Part shown: positions 46,909 through 56,875 of the stretch, in pieces
Position numbering within the stretch: the stretch's first letter is position 1
Layout of the letters: every line of letters starts with the position of its first letter
DNA from: Candidatus Fraserbacteria bacterium
Lineage (GTDB): Bacteria; Bipolaricaulota; Bipolaricaulia; RBG-16-55-9; JAJCYT01
Direction: 5' to 3'
DNA: 64,000 bases
Assembly: GCA_029262795.1 (NCBI GenBank)
Contig: JAJCYT010000027.1
Span: 54,962 to 118,961, forward strand
Program-made: the position numbers and the translations under genes
Notes under the pieces: generated by a model
What the model saw: the letters and a program-made list of their open reading frames with translations, nothing else
Database searches by the model: none
What the model was told of the DNA's origin: nothing

Positions 46909-49494
46909 ATGTTAGATATTTTCAAAAAAACCGTTGACCGATTGTTTGGGGAAACCCCTGAGCAGAAAGTGAAAAAACTGCAAAAACACCTGGAGCAGGT
47001 CAACGAACTCGAAGCTGAAATAAAAGCACTGACCGATGAACAACTCAGCGGCAAAACAGTGGCGTTTCGCCAGCGCCTGGAAGAAGGTGAAGATCTTGAC
47101 GATCTATTGCCCGAAGCCTTTGCCGTGGTGCGTGAAGCCGCACAACGCACCATTGGTCTGAGACATTATGATGTGCAGATTTTAGGTGGCATCATTCTGC
47201 ATCAAGGCCGCATTGCCGAGATGAAAACAGGGGAAGGGAAAACGCTGGTGGCGACCCTGCCTGCCTATCTCAATGCATTGGCCGGCAGCGTGCATGTGGT
47301 CACCGTCAATGATTACCTGGCCAAGCGTGACTGCGAGTGGATGGGGCCGGTGTATGAATTTTTAGGCATCACTGTAGGCCTAATTCAAGAAGGGGTAGAA
47401 CAAAAAGAGCGCCAGCAATCCTATCAGTGTGACATTGTTTTTGGCACCAACACGCAGTTTGGGTTTGATTATCTGCGTGACCATCTGGTGTCTTCTGCCA
47501 GTCAGAAAGCACAAGGACCTCTGGATTTTGCGATTGTGGACGAAATTGACAATATCCTGATTGACGAAGCGCGAACCCCGTTGATTATCTCTGGCTCCAC
47601 ACAGCAAACTGCTCAGCTTTATAAACAGTTCGCACGGTTGTCTGGAAAATTTGAATCGAGCATCGATTTTGAGATCGACGAAAAAGCCAAGCGCGTCAAT
47701 TTGACTGATGATGGTATTTCTAAAATTGAAAAACTGCTCAAGGTAGACAACATCTATGCGCCCAATAATATCGAGTTGCTGCATCACTTAGAGCTTTCCC
47801 TGCGCGCCCGCTTGTTCTATCACAAGGACAAAGAATATATCATTCAGGACAAACAGATTGTGATTGTCGATGAATTCACTGGACGCCTCATGCCGGATCG
47901 CCGTTGGAGCGACGGGTTGCATCAGGCCGTCGAGGCCAGAGAAGGGTTGGAAATTCGCCGTGAGAATCAAACACTGGCGACGATCACACTTCAACATTAC
48001 TTCAGGCTTTATGGTGGCTTATGCGGGATGACCGGAACAGCTGCCACCGAAGAAGATGAGTTTAAAGATATTTATGATCTTGATGTGGCTGTCATTCCCA
48101 CCAACAAACCTTTATTACGTGAAGACCTGCCTGACAAAATGTTCCGCACCGAAAATGCGTTGTTCAATGAACTGGTTGAAGAGATTGATAAATTTCATCA
48201 ACAGGGACGTCCCGTACTGATTGGGACGAATAATATCGACAAAAGTGAATATCTAAGCAACATGCTGAATCGGCGCGGGCTCAAACATGAAGTGCTCAAT
48301 GCCAAGCAACACGAACGCGAAGCCGACATCATTATGGATGCCGGGCAGCACGCTGCGATTACAGTGGCAACCAACATGGCAGGCCGTGGCGTGGATATCA
48401 AACTCGACGACGAAATTAAAGCGTTGGGTGGTTTGGTCATTTTAGGGACACAACGCCACGAAAGCCGTCGCATTGACGATCAGTTGCGTGGCCGTGCTGG
48501 CCGTCAGGGTGATCCTGGTTTGTCTCAGTTTTTCATTTCGCTTGAAGATGAACTGATTCGCCTGTTTGGGGGCGACCGCTTGGGACAGATCATGGACAGC
48601 TTTGGCATGAAGGAAGGCGACTCCATCGAGCACCAGATGCTGTCTAAAGCCGTGCGCAATGCCCAGAAAAAAGTGGAAGCCCGCAACTTTGACATTCGCA
48701 AAAATCTTCTTAAATACGACCAAGTGATGTCCAAACAGCGTGAAGCCATTTATGCGCTGCGTGATCGCTTCCTCATCGACGTTGAAGATGGTAAGGAAGA
48801 TTTGGAAGAATACTTGCGCGAACTGGTGATTGAAGAAGCTGAAACGATGGTTCAAGAAGCAACTGCATCCGATCTGATCGAAGAATGGGATCTTGATGGG
48901 TTGCAGATTGAAATCAACAGTTTTCATAATGCGCCTCATATTTCTTTAAAAGGCATCGAGGACCCGGAAGAACTTCAAGAAAAAATTGAAGCCTTTATGC
49001 TGGAAAATCTGGACAATCAGATCGAAAACTTAGGTGAACATTTCAATCCATTGGGCCGACTCATGATTTTAAACAGCCTGGATGAACGCTGGCGTTTGCA
49101 TTTATATGGACTGGATGACTTGCGTGAGGGCATTGGTTGGCGTTCTTATTCTGGCCGTGATCCGTTGTTTGAGTTTACGCGAGAGTCTTTTGCTTTGTTT
49201 CAGGAAATGCTGGGCGGTGTACAGTCACAATTGATCAAAGTGTTGGTCAAGCCCAAACTGAAAATTCAAGAAGCTGATCAGGCTGGTGAACAACAGTCTG
49301 AAAAACTGCAATTTGTACACGAAGAAGCCCGTGCCATTGGCAGCAATGAGGGAGGTAAAAAAGCACCTGTACGTGCATCAGCCTCACAAACCATTGGCCG
49401 AAACGACCCTTGCCCATGCGGCTCTGGCAAGAAATTCAAGCAATGTCACATGGGGCGCGAAAACGAATTGTCCCAAAATGGCAACGACCAATAG
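46909..49494 (+). CDS. secA: preprotein translocase ATPase SecA
   Basis: 861 aa; DEAD motor motifs (GEGKTLVAT, DEIDNILIDEARTPLIISG), C-terminal zinc finger CPCGSGKKFKQCH. Confidence 0.95.
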   Translation: MLDIFKKTVDRLFGETPEQKVKKLQKHLEQVNELEAEIKALTDEQLSGKTVAFRQRLEEGEDLDDLLPEAFAVVREAAQRTIGLRHYDVQILGGIILHQGRIAEMKTGEGKTLVATLPAYLNALAGSVHVVTVNDYLAKRDCEWMGPVYEFLGITVGLIQEGVEQKERQQSYQCDIVFGTNTQFGFDYLRDHLVSSASQKAQGPLDFAIVDEIDNILIDEARTPLIISGSTQQTAQLYKQFARLSGKFESSIDFEIDEKAKRVNLTDDGISKIEKLLKVDNIYAPNNIELLHHLELSLRARLFYHKDKEYIIQDKQIVIVDEFTGRLMPDRRWSDGLHQAVEAREGLEIRRENQTLATITLQHYFRLYGGLCGMTGTAATEEDEFKDIYDLDVAVIPTNKPLLREDLPDKMFRTENALFNELVEEIDKFHQQGRPVLIGTNNIDKSEYLSNMLNRRGLKHEVLNAKQHEREADIIMDAGQHAAITVATNMAGRGVDIKLDDEIKALGGLVILGTQRHESRRIDDQLRGRAGRQGDPGLSQFFISLEDELIRLFGGDRLGQIMDSFGMKEGDSIEHQMLSKAVRNAQKKVEARNFDIRKNLLKYDQVMSKQREAIYALRDRFLIDVEDGKEDLEEYLRELVIEEAETMVQEATASDLIEEWDLDGLQIEINSFHNAPHISLKGIEDPEELQEKIEAFMLENLDNQIENLGEHFNPLGRLMILNSLDERWRLHLYGLDDLREGIGWRSYSGRDPLFEFTRESFALFQEMLGGVQSQLIKVLVKPKLKIQEADQAGEQQSEKLQFVHEEARAIGSNEGGKKAPVRASASQTIGRNDPCPCGSGKKFKQCHMGRENELSQNGNDQ

Positions 49495-49840
49495 TTTTTC
49501 AATTTTGGCTATAGTTTTCTTGAAGTTGTACTTTGAGGTCATTTTGTTGGCTTTTTCGTTGTTCTGAGTGAATCTTTTTGATCAAACTATTTCAGGAGAT
49601 ATTTGCCGTTGTGATCAACATCGGCTCAGTGGTGAGCGTATCCAGGCTGAAAAAATGTCTTGGGCGTCCTATTTGCTGTACTTGTGCTTAGTGGAAGATA
49701 TAATAGAGTTAGACAAAAAGGGTTGAAAATAAAGCCCCCACGGCTACTATACCAGCGAGCGACATCTACGTCCTCTCGCTACCCTCTCACCACAGCCGTG
49801 GGGGTCTATTATTAAAATGTTGTGAAACTGAAAAAAATAA

Positions 49841-49870
49841 ACCGAAAGAGCGCAACAACGCTCTTTCGGT
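49841..49870 (-). terminator. hairpin + U-tract on minus strand (candidate terminator of the minus-strand operon ending at 50116, ~250 nt 3' UTR)
   Basis: ACCGAAAGAGCG/CGCTCTTTCGGT 12-bp stem; on minus strand followed by TTTATTTTTTT. Confidence 0.4.
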
Positions 49871-50115
49871 TAACTTTACTTCCCTGAAGAAAAAATAATA
49901 ACCAACATAAAATGTAATAATGACTTTCTAACAATTTTAGGTCCGGAGTTGTATCCCCCACCTCGCGGACAAATCTACTCTGTGTCCATACGGTAACGCG
50001 ATTTTCTTCGGATGTCAAACTGATATTTGTCCAGTTTTATGTGTGTCTTTAATCGTGTATTTTCTAATCGCGAAAGACACGCCTATTAACTTTGAATAGG
50101 GCTTTATATCCGCAA

Positions 50116-50475
50116 TTAAAGCTGAATAGTGCGTTCGCTGTCTTTTAAAATGGCGATCACATCAGGCCCAGCGATTTTTATAAAGTCATCTAAAATGTCT
50201 GCCTCGTTGACACCGCGATTTTTTAAACAGGGCATACACACATGCAGTTTCGCACCCATTTGATGAATTTCTTCAATCAAAGGCTTTAATGGTTTGAATG
50301 GTTCACCGTTGTTCAGGTCATCAGCATATCCCTTTAGTGCCAAGCGTGTGCCTTCGCTGACCAAGATGACGGAAACAGTTTCACCTGCCTCCAAAGCAGC
50401 GCGAGCCAACGTTAAACTGATGGTGGCTTTGTCCACGTTTTCTTTTCCATAGCCAACTAGAATGGCAAAATTCAT
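50116..50475 (-). CDS. DsrE/YchN-like small sulfur-relay-fold protein
   Basis: 119 aa, layout and KLHVCMPC cysteine motif parallel E. coli YchN (…VKLCKTC…). Confidence 0.55.
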   Translation of the reverse strand: MNFAILVGYGKENVDKATISLTLARAALEAGETVSVILVSEGTRLALKGYADDLNNGEPFKPLKPLIEEIHQMGAKLHVCMPCLKNRGVNEADILDDFIKIAGPDVIAILKDSERTIQL

Positions 50476-50484
50476 AGGATCTCC

Positions 50485-51318
50485 TTAAAGCTTAATCGTC
50501 TGATGGTATTCATTTGCACGAGTCAAAAATTTGAGAATGGCAGGGTTCACTTGTTCGGGCACTTCTGCATGTGGGTAATGGCCTGCGCCTTCGACAGACA
50601 TCACTTCGGTCATGCCGCCCATGCAATGAGCAATGTACTGACCTTCCCAGGTTGGGTCTGGAAAGTCTGGATCTTGAGAGCCGGTGATAATCATGGTGGG
50701 GGCTTCGATTTGAGACATTCGCGGTTCGCCAATTTCTTTGCTGGTTTGCAGCAGTCTTTTCAGCGCATAAAGGCGGTTTTTCTCTCTCAGGTTTTTCTTG
50801 ATTTTTTCGGCGTGATTATCTAAATCGCTTGGTTGCTGAGATTTATAAAGGCTTTTGTAATAGTTTGCCCAACTGTTGGCCCCCCAGGGGCGCATCATCA
50901 TGAATTTAAGGGCGAGTCGTTGACTCGTAGATAAGGGAATATCTCGAATAAATGCGTTGATCATCACCAATCCGGCCACTTTTGATGGTGTTTCAGAAGT
51001 CACAATTGAAATCGTTGCACCGCTCATGGATGTACCGATTAAAAATGCTGGGCCGGCATCCAGGTAGTCGAGTAAATCTTCTAAATCATCGGCATTGGAT
51101 TGAATACTGTAATCGGGCCACCAGGCGGAAGATTCTCCTTGACCACGCAAATCCACTGTCACCACACGGTAACCGGCTTTGGTCAGTTCAGGTTCAAGAA
51201 AGCGATACTCAGAACGCAGGTCGCCGATCCCTGGTAGGCAAACGACCAAAGGGCCATCTTTGTGAGTGTCTTCAAAAGCAATTTTTCCTTTTCCGCGTTC
51301 TAAAATTTCGACTTCCAT
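50485..51318 (-). CDS. alpha/beta-hydrolase fold protein
   Basis: LVVCLPGIGD…RGQGES, nucleophile elbow GTSMSG, C-terminal His. Confidence 0.75.
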   Translation of the reverse strand: MEVEILERGKGKIAFEDTHKDGPLVVCLPGIGDLRSEYRFLEPELTKAGYRVVTVDLRGQGESSAWWPDYSIQSNADDLEDLLDYLDAGPAFLIGTSMSGATISIVTSETPSKVAGLVMINAFIRDIPLSTSQRLALKFMMMRPWGANSWANYYKSLYKSQQPSDLDNHAEKIKKNLREKNRLYALKRLLQTSKEIGEPRMSQIEAPTMIITGSQDPDFPDPTWEGQYIAHCMGGMTEVMSVEGAGHYPHAEVPEQVNPAILKFLTRANEYHQTIKL

Positions 51319-51411
51319 AAAAAACCTTTCTTAAAAAAATTCAACTCTATTTTAAGGATTTGCCAAACACTGTCCATTTTGTCAAATTAAGATTATTCTT
51401 CAACTACAATT

Positions 51412-51912
51412 TTGATGAAAGGAGTAGAGATGAGTTTTCAACAAGATGAAAAAATTCGGTTTTTAACCCAAGTGGATGTTGTCAAGAATAGCATTGAGCA
51501 TACCCCAGCTGACAAGCAAGGCTGGAAACCTGAAAACAGTTGCATGTGCCCTCAGGAGATGATTGATCATTTGTCCGGTTCCAATCATTTCTTTGCTGCA
51601 ATGCTTCAAGGTAAAGAGGCCCCAGCACCTCCAGCAGATACGCCAAAATTGACTTTTGAACAATCAATGGCGGCATTTGAACAAAGCAGTCAACAACTTG
51701 CTGATGTTATTGGCGCAATCCCCGACGAAGCATTAAGTCAAGAAGTGCCTTTGCCCAATGGGAACACGGCCCCCATGAAGTTTTTGGTGACCATTCCTGG
51801 AAATCATACCGCTTATCATTGGGGCCAGTTGGCCTATATGCAGACCGTTTGGGGCGATAAAGAAGATCACTTTTTTGATTCTGATTTTCAAATTGGCGCT
51901 CGATATAGATAG
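51412..51912 (+). CDS. DinB/YfiT-like (DinB_2) metal-dependent hydrolase family protein
   Basis: HTAYHWGQLAYMQ C-terminal His motif, four-helix-bundle size. Confidence 0.55.
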   Translation: MMKGVEMSFQQDEKIRFLTQVDVVKNSIEHTPADKQGWKPENSCMCPQEMIDHLSGSNHFFAAMLQGKEAPAPPADTPKLTFEQSMAAFEQSSQQLADVIGAIPDEALSQEVPLPNGNTAPMKFLVTIPGNHTAYHWGQLAYMQTVWGDKEDHFFDSDFQIGARYR

Positions 51913-51966
51913 TACAAATAAACCAAAAAAGGAGCGTTTTGCAATGCGCTCCTTTCTTTTTTAACT

Positions 51967-52965
51967 ATGGAACAGGTTAAAAATCGAATCAGAAAACAGC
52001 AACTTGAAGAAGTTCTTGGGCGATACAACATCCATCCAGATCAAGTGAAACATCTGGCTTCTCTGGCCAATCTCATCTATGAATTTGAGCGTGGTGACGA
52101 ATCGTATATTCTGCGCATCGGGCACACCACACGGCGCAATGGCATTCAAACTATGGGAGAGATTGACTGGCTCAATCACCTAAAAAAAGGCGGGGCGGGG
52201 ATTGCCTATCCGGTGCCATCGGCTTCAGGTGAATATGTTGAGGAAGTCGATGATGGAAAAGGTGGTCAGTTTGTGGCTGTGAGTTTCACCAAAGCCAAGG
52301 GCAAGGCTGTGGATGATTCAGTTTGGAATGAACGCCTGTTTGAAGCTTATGGCAAACATATGGGGCGAATTCACGCATTGTCTCAAACGTATGAACTTCC
52401 CAATGAGGATTGGCGACGGCCTGAGTGGGATTTACCTGGAATGTACCCTATCGAAACATTTTTACCTGAATCGGATGCCTATTTGGTCGAACGGTTTTTC
52501 AAGCTGAAAGATCACATGATGAACTTGCCCAAAAATAGCTCATCTTATGGGTTAACTCATCAAGATCCACACAAAGGCAACTTTTTTGTCGATGAGGATT
52601 ACACCATCACCATGTACGATTTTGATGACTGTTGCTATGCTTATTTCATTCACGATTTGGCGATGGTGTTATTCTATGCAGCATTGCACGAAAAAGACCG
52701 TTTGGCATTTGCTCAAAAATTCCTGCCACCATTCCTCAAAGGGTATGCTCAGGAAAACAAGTTAGACCCTGTTTGGCTCAAAGAGTTGCCACACTTTATG
52801 AAGTTCCGTGAAATGTATCTGTACGCGATTGCCGTTTACATTGCTGAAAAACAACCTGAAGCGGAATGGACAGCCAAATACATCAGTATGCTCAAACACA
52901 ACGTTGAAAATGAAGTGCCTTACATCGAATTGGATTTTGAAAAATATTCAGATTTATTGAGATGA
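51967..52965 (+). CDS. aminoglycoside/homoserine-kinase-II type phosphotransferase (APH/protein-kinase-like fold)
   Basis: Brenner catalytic motif HQDPHKGNFF and DFDDC metal-binding motif. Confidence 0.7.
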   Translation: MEQVKNRIRKQQLEEVLGRYNIHPDQVKHLASLANLIYEFERGDESYILRIGHTTRRNGIQTMGEIDWLNHLKKGGAGIAYPVPSASGEYVEEVDDGKGGQFVAVSFTKAKGKAVDDSVWNERLFEAYGKHMGRIHALSQTYELPNEDWRRPEWDLPGMYPIETFLPESDAYLVERFFKLKDHMMNLPKNSSSYGLTHQDPHKGNFFVDEDYTITMYDFDDCCYAYFIHDLAMVLFYAALHEKDRLAFAQKFLPPFLKGYAQENKLDPVWLKELPHFMKFREMYLYAIAVYIAEKQPEAEWTAKYISMLKHNVENEVPYIELDFEKYSDLLR

Positions 52966-53832
52966 AGTTTGACTGAGTTGTTGGATTCGTTCCAATCGTT
53001 CTGATTCATTTTCAACCATCCAGACATCCTGAGACATGGTTGCGTAAGCGAGTGTAAAGTATTTTCTGGCTTCATCTTTTCGATCCAAAAGCCACAAACA
53101 CTCACCGAGTTCTTCATGCACATAGCCGCTGTCGGTTACAGTTTCAGACTCAATGTCTTTGAGAAGCAACTTTTGAATCTCTAACGATTCTTCAATTTTT
53201 TCCAATGATCTTAAAGCACGGGCCACGCACCATTTGGCGATATGAATCCGATGCGTGTCTTGTCGTTGCTTCATATATTCTAGTGCTTTTTGAAATAGCT
53301 CCAGAGCTTTTTCAAATTCACCTGAATCGTGATACGTCCATCCGATGTTGTTATACAAAGAGCCTGCCCATCGTTTTGCTTTATCACTGTCGGTTTGTTC
53401 AACTCGATCTAAGGCTTTGAGATTCCATTCCATTTGCTTTTCGGGTGGTTCTACAAAGGTCATCATGTGGGCGGCATCAATGGCGTGGAAATCTTCCTTG
53501 ATCTGGCTGCCCAATTCCCAGGCTTCAAAAAAAAGTGGCCGTGCTTCGTCGGGGTTGCCTGATGATCGAAACACTCTGCCGCGTTCCAGTAAATAGCGGA
53601 CTTTCCCGACGGAATTTGGATGATCAATCAATTGCTGAGCTTGATCGAGCGTTTGATGGGCTTGCTCAAATTTTCTTTGTAACCCTTGTGTTCGAGCAAT
53701 TTGTGTGAGCAGTTGACAGTGATAGCTTTTATGTTCAGGAACTTCTGGGTTACTCAGAAGTTCCTGAAATTTTTGTTCTGTTTCATCGGGATTCTGATAA
53801 TCCCACCAGGCATCAAAATCAGGTAGAGTCAT
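52954..53832 (-). CDS. TPR repeat protein (start trimmed to MTLPDFD to avoid overlap with asnS)
   Basis: repeated W/L/G/Y/A/F/A/P TPR periodicity throughout. Confidence 0.55.
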   Translation of the reverse strand: MTLPDFDAWWDYQNPDETEQKFQELLSNPEVPEHKSYHCQLLTQIARTQGLQRKFEQAHQTLDQAQQLIDHPNSVGKVRYLLERGRVFRSSGNPDEARPLFFEAWELGSQIKEDFHAIDAAHMMTFVEPPEKQMEWNLKALDRVEQTDSDKAKRWAGSLYNNIGWTYHDSGEFEKALELFQKALEYMKQRQDTHRIHIAKWCVARALRSLEKIEESLEIQKLLLKDIESETVTDSGYVHEELGECLWLLDRKDEARKYFTLAYATMSQDVWMVENESERLERIQQLSQTSSQ

Positions 53833-53842
53833 CTGTAAATCC

Positions 53843-55291
53843 TTATGGATACAGACGGTGAATCTGTCTTGGAAACGGGATGCACTCACGCAAATGATGC
53901 ACGCCCGTAATCCAGGCGACGGTGCGTTCCACACCGATACCAAAACCGGCATGTGGTACAGAGCCGTATTTTCTTAAATCCAGAAACCATTTGTAAGGTT
54001 CTTTGGGTAGATTGTGTTCTTCAAGTTTCTTTTCCAACACATCCAAATCCACAGCGCGGGAACTGCCACCGATGATTTCGCCGTAACCTTCAGGCGCAAT
54101 TAAATCGGCATTGAGCACCCGATCTGGATTGTCTGGGTCAGGCTCCATGTAGAACGGCTTCATCGAGGCAGGGTAACGTTCAATGAATACAGGTTTGCCA
54201 AAATGGTGACTCAATGCTTCTTCTTGAGGCGAACCAAAATCGTCACCATCTGCCATAGTCATGTTGTTTTCTGCGATAATCTTTTTGACTTCATCGGCAG
54301 AAAGTTCGGGCAGAACTTCTTCGTGGTGGCCGTTTTCAGATTCAGCATCACTTGTTTCATCATCATCTTCTTTGATGTTACGTCTCAATGACCACTTCTG
54401 TGCCATGAAGGTGAGCAACGCTTCGCTGTTAATTAGCTCAATTGCATCATCGTAAAGCACACGGGCGAATGGTTCGTTGATGTATTTTTCCAATGGCGCA
54501 CGGTCTCGACCCAGAGCTTCGAGTTCCAGTGCTTTGTGATCCAAGACGCGTTGCATGATGTATTTCACCAAACGTTCCTGAAGGGCCAGATTGTCTTCAT
54601 GGCTGTAGTAGGCCATCTCACCTTCGGCCATCCAGAATTCTGTTAGATGTTTTCGAGTTTTGGATTTTTCAGCACGGAATGCGGGCCCAATCCAGTACAC
54701 ACGACCTAGGGCCATCGCAGTTGCTTCCAGATAAAGCTGACCACTCTGAGACAGATAAGCCTCTCCCAAATCGAAATAAGGCGTGCCAAACAATGTGGTG
54801 GTGCCTTCAACAGAAAGCGGCGTGAGCAAGGGAGATTCTGTGGCGATAAATTCATTTTCATGGAAGAAATCACGAATGGCCTGCATCACTTCATGGCGGA
54901 TTCTTAACAACGGAACCTGTTTGGCGGATCGAATCCAAAGGTGGCGATGATCCAGCAAGAACTCAGCGCCATGTGATTTGGGTGTAATAGGATATTCCTG
55001 TGCGACATGTACGATTTCAATGTCACAATCCTGCAATTCAAACCCAATGGCGGAACGTGTGTCGGCAGCCACCGTGCCGCGCACGATGAGGGAGGATTCA
55101 GTGGTGAGTTGCTTGGCATTTTCAAATGCCTGTTCCATTTCTTTGGTAACGATGCACTGCACAATGCCTGTGCCATCGCGCACCTGAAGGAACATAATTT
55201 TGCCACCTTTGCGCTTGCGATAGAGCCAGCCGCGCAACTCGACCTGCTGGCCTTCATACTTGCCAATTTTATTAATATATGTTTGCGTCAT
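53843..55291 (-). CDS. asnS: class IIb aminoacyl-tRNA synthetase, most likely asparagine--tRNA ligase, with acidic insertion
   Basis: N-terminal OB fold …GKIMFLQVRDGTGIVQCIV… parallels Bacillus AsnS …GKIAFLQLRDGTGFMQGVV…; FLLDHRHLWIRS motif; class II motif 3 …GFGIGVERTVAWITG…; AspRS cannot be fully excluded. Confidence 0.65.
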   Translation of the reverse strand: MTQTYINKIGKYEGQQVELRGWLYRKRKGGKIMFLQVRDGTGIVQCIVTKEMEQAFENAKQLTTESSLIVRGTVAADTRSAIGFELQDCDIEIVHVAQEYPITPKSHGAEFLLDHRHLWIRSAKQVPLLRIRHEVMQAIRDFFHENEFIATESPLLTPLSVEGTTTLFGTPYFDLGEAYLSQSGQLYLEATAMALGRVYWIGPAFRAEKSKTRKHLTEFWMAEGEMAYYSHEDNLALQERLVKYIMQRVLDHKALELEALGRDRAPLEKYINEPFARVLYDDAIELINSEALLTFMAQKWSLRRNIKEDDDETSDAESENGHHEEVLPELSADEVKKIIAENNMTMADGDDFGSPQEEALSHHFGKPVFIERYPASMKPFYMEPDPDNPDRVLNADLIAPEGYGEIIGGSSRAVDLDVLEKKLEEHNLPKEPYKWFLDLRKYGSVPHAGFGIGVERTVAWITGVHHLRECIPFPRQIHRLYP

Positions 55292-56070
55292 GATGCCTCC
55301 CTTAGCGCTGCCATCATCTCGTCATGGATCAGTCCGTTGGAACACAATAGATTATGCGTGTCTAGCTCGTATTTGCCACCTTCAAAATCAGACACAAGCC
55401 CACCGGCTTCGCTGATGATGATTCGGCCTGCGGTCACATCCCAAGCATTTAGGCCCATTTCCCAATAACTATCAAAGCGTCCCATCGCCACCCAGCACAT
55501 ATCCAATGCAGCCGAACCCAGGCGGCGAATGGCGCGGGATTGATGAATCAGGCTGCCAAAATAAACGAGATTCTTTTTGATGATTTGGTCATCGTAATAA
55601 AACCCTGTGCCCAAAACACTTTGTGAAATTTTTCCAATGTTTGAAACCTGAATGGGCATGTCATTCAACGTTGCGCCCTGACCTTTGGCTGCCACAAACA
55701 TTTCAGACATCGCAGGTGCATACACCACGCCGACAATGGGGTCATTTTGATGAAGCAATCCAATAGATACTGAGAAAATGGGACTGTGGTGCGCATAATT
55801 GGTGGTGCCGTCAATGGGGTCAATAACCCACACATATTCGGCATCGAGATCAATGCTTAAATCTTCTTCAGCCAGAATGCCGTGTGTTGGATATTTTTCA
55901 CGAATGATGTTGACAATGGTTTCTTGAGCTTTTCGATCAAACTCAGTGACCAAATCGGTGTCGCTGCTTTTAAAATCAATCTGTTTGGATTGACCGAACC
56001 CCTGCATGGCAACGTCGCCACCCGCTTGAGCCACCTCAATGGCGGTTTGTTTTAAAGCGTCCAGTTCCAT
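55288..56070 (-). CDS. suhB: inositol monophosphatase family protein
   Basis: WVIDPIDGTTNYAH metal-binding signature. Confidence 0.85.
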   Translation of the reverse strand: MELDALKQTAIEVAQAGGDVAMQGFGQSKQIDFKSSDTDLVTEFDRKAQETIVNIIREKYPTHGILAEEDLSIDLDAEYVWVIDPIDGTTNYAHHSPIFSVSIGLLHQNDPIVGVVYAPAMSEMFVAAKGQGATLNDMPIQVSNIGKISQSVLGTGFYYDDQIIKKNLVYFGSLIHQSRAIRRLGSAALDMCWVAMGRFDSYWEMGLNAWDVTAGRIIISEAGGLVSDFEGGKYELDTHNLLCSNGLIHDEMMAALREAS

Positions 56071-56828
56071 GTGTTCAGTGTCTCCATTTGAGAGGTTTCA
56101 GTGCGGTCAATGTTCAATGGGGTGACGGTGATCCAGCCATCTTCAAGTTTGGCATAATCAACATCTGGAGAATCATCAGGAAAAATTTCAACCTTGGTTC
56201 GAAATAACACACAATGATGGTCACCGTCATAAGGCTCCGATTCAAACTGAGGCACAAAGCGCTGATGTGCCTGAGGTGCCACTGCGATGCCCTTTATATC
56301 ATCAGGCGCAATCGAAGGCACATTGACATTGAGGCAGAACCGATCAGGAATTTTTTTATCTAAAACCTGATCAAACACATTGACACACAAACGCGCGGCG
56401 GTGTCTACATCCATTGGATTTACTTTGGTTTCATCACGAAGATATTGCATGGACATGGCCATGCTGGGAATGCCTTGAATGGTGCCTTCGCTGGCGCCGC
56501 CGATGGTGCCGGAATAAAAGGTGGATACGCCGACGTTGTCACCAGAATTCATACCGGAAATCACCCAATCAAATTTTTTCTGACTCCAATAAACGCCCAT
56601 TTTAACACAATCAACGGGGGTTCCTTCCACGGCAATGGCATCGTGCCCATTGGGCAGTTTGATGTTGCTGTAGTAAACGGGGCGTTTATAAGAGAAGGCA
56701 TGGCCAAACCCACTGCGCTGGCTTGCCGGTGCAATCACATAAAGTTCGGCGCGTTCCTTGAGTAATTCAACCAATGCCAGTAGGCCTGGAGAATCAACGC
56801 CATCGTCATTGGTCAATAAAATTTTCAT
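56052..56828 (-). CDS. surE: 5'/3'-nucleotidase SurE
   Basis: MKILLTNDDGVDSPGL N-terminus. Confidence 0.9.
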   Translation of the reverse strand: MKILLTNDDGVDSPGLLALVELLKERAELYVIAPASQRSGFGHAFSYKRPVYYSNIKLPNGHDAIAVEGTPVDCVKMGVYWSQKKFDWVISGMNSGDNVGVSTFYSGTIGGASEGTIQGIPSMAMSMQYLRDETKVNPMDVDTAARLCVNVFDQVLDKKIPDRFCLNVNVPSIAPDDIKGIAVAPQAHQRFVPQFESEPYDGDHHCVLFRTKVEIFPDDSPDVDYAKLEDGWITVTPLNIDRTETSQMETLNTWNWTL

Positions 56829-56875
56829 GATGAGTTGGACATCCTTTTTAAAATTTGCGTGTAAGATTCAGAGCG

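Noticed and set aside
49495-50115. tmRNA or RNase P RNA in the large gap after secA
   Set aside because: I looked for the tmRNA 3' acceptor end (…TCCACCA with a tRNA-like T-arm) and the RNase P P4 core (AGGAAAGTCCGGGCTCC) on both strands and found neither. The region is kept only as an unspecified structured or sRNA candidate.
52954-53952. Long N-terminal extension of the TPR protein overlapping the asnS 3' end by 110 nt
   Set aside because: The extension is Cys-rich nonsense with no TPR periodicity. The internal Met at 53832 gives a non-overlapping gene.
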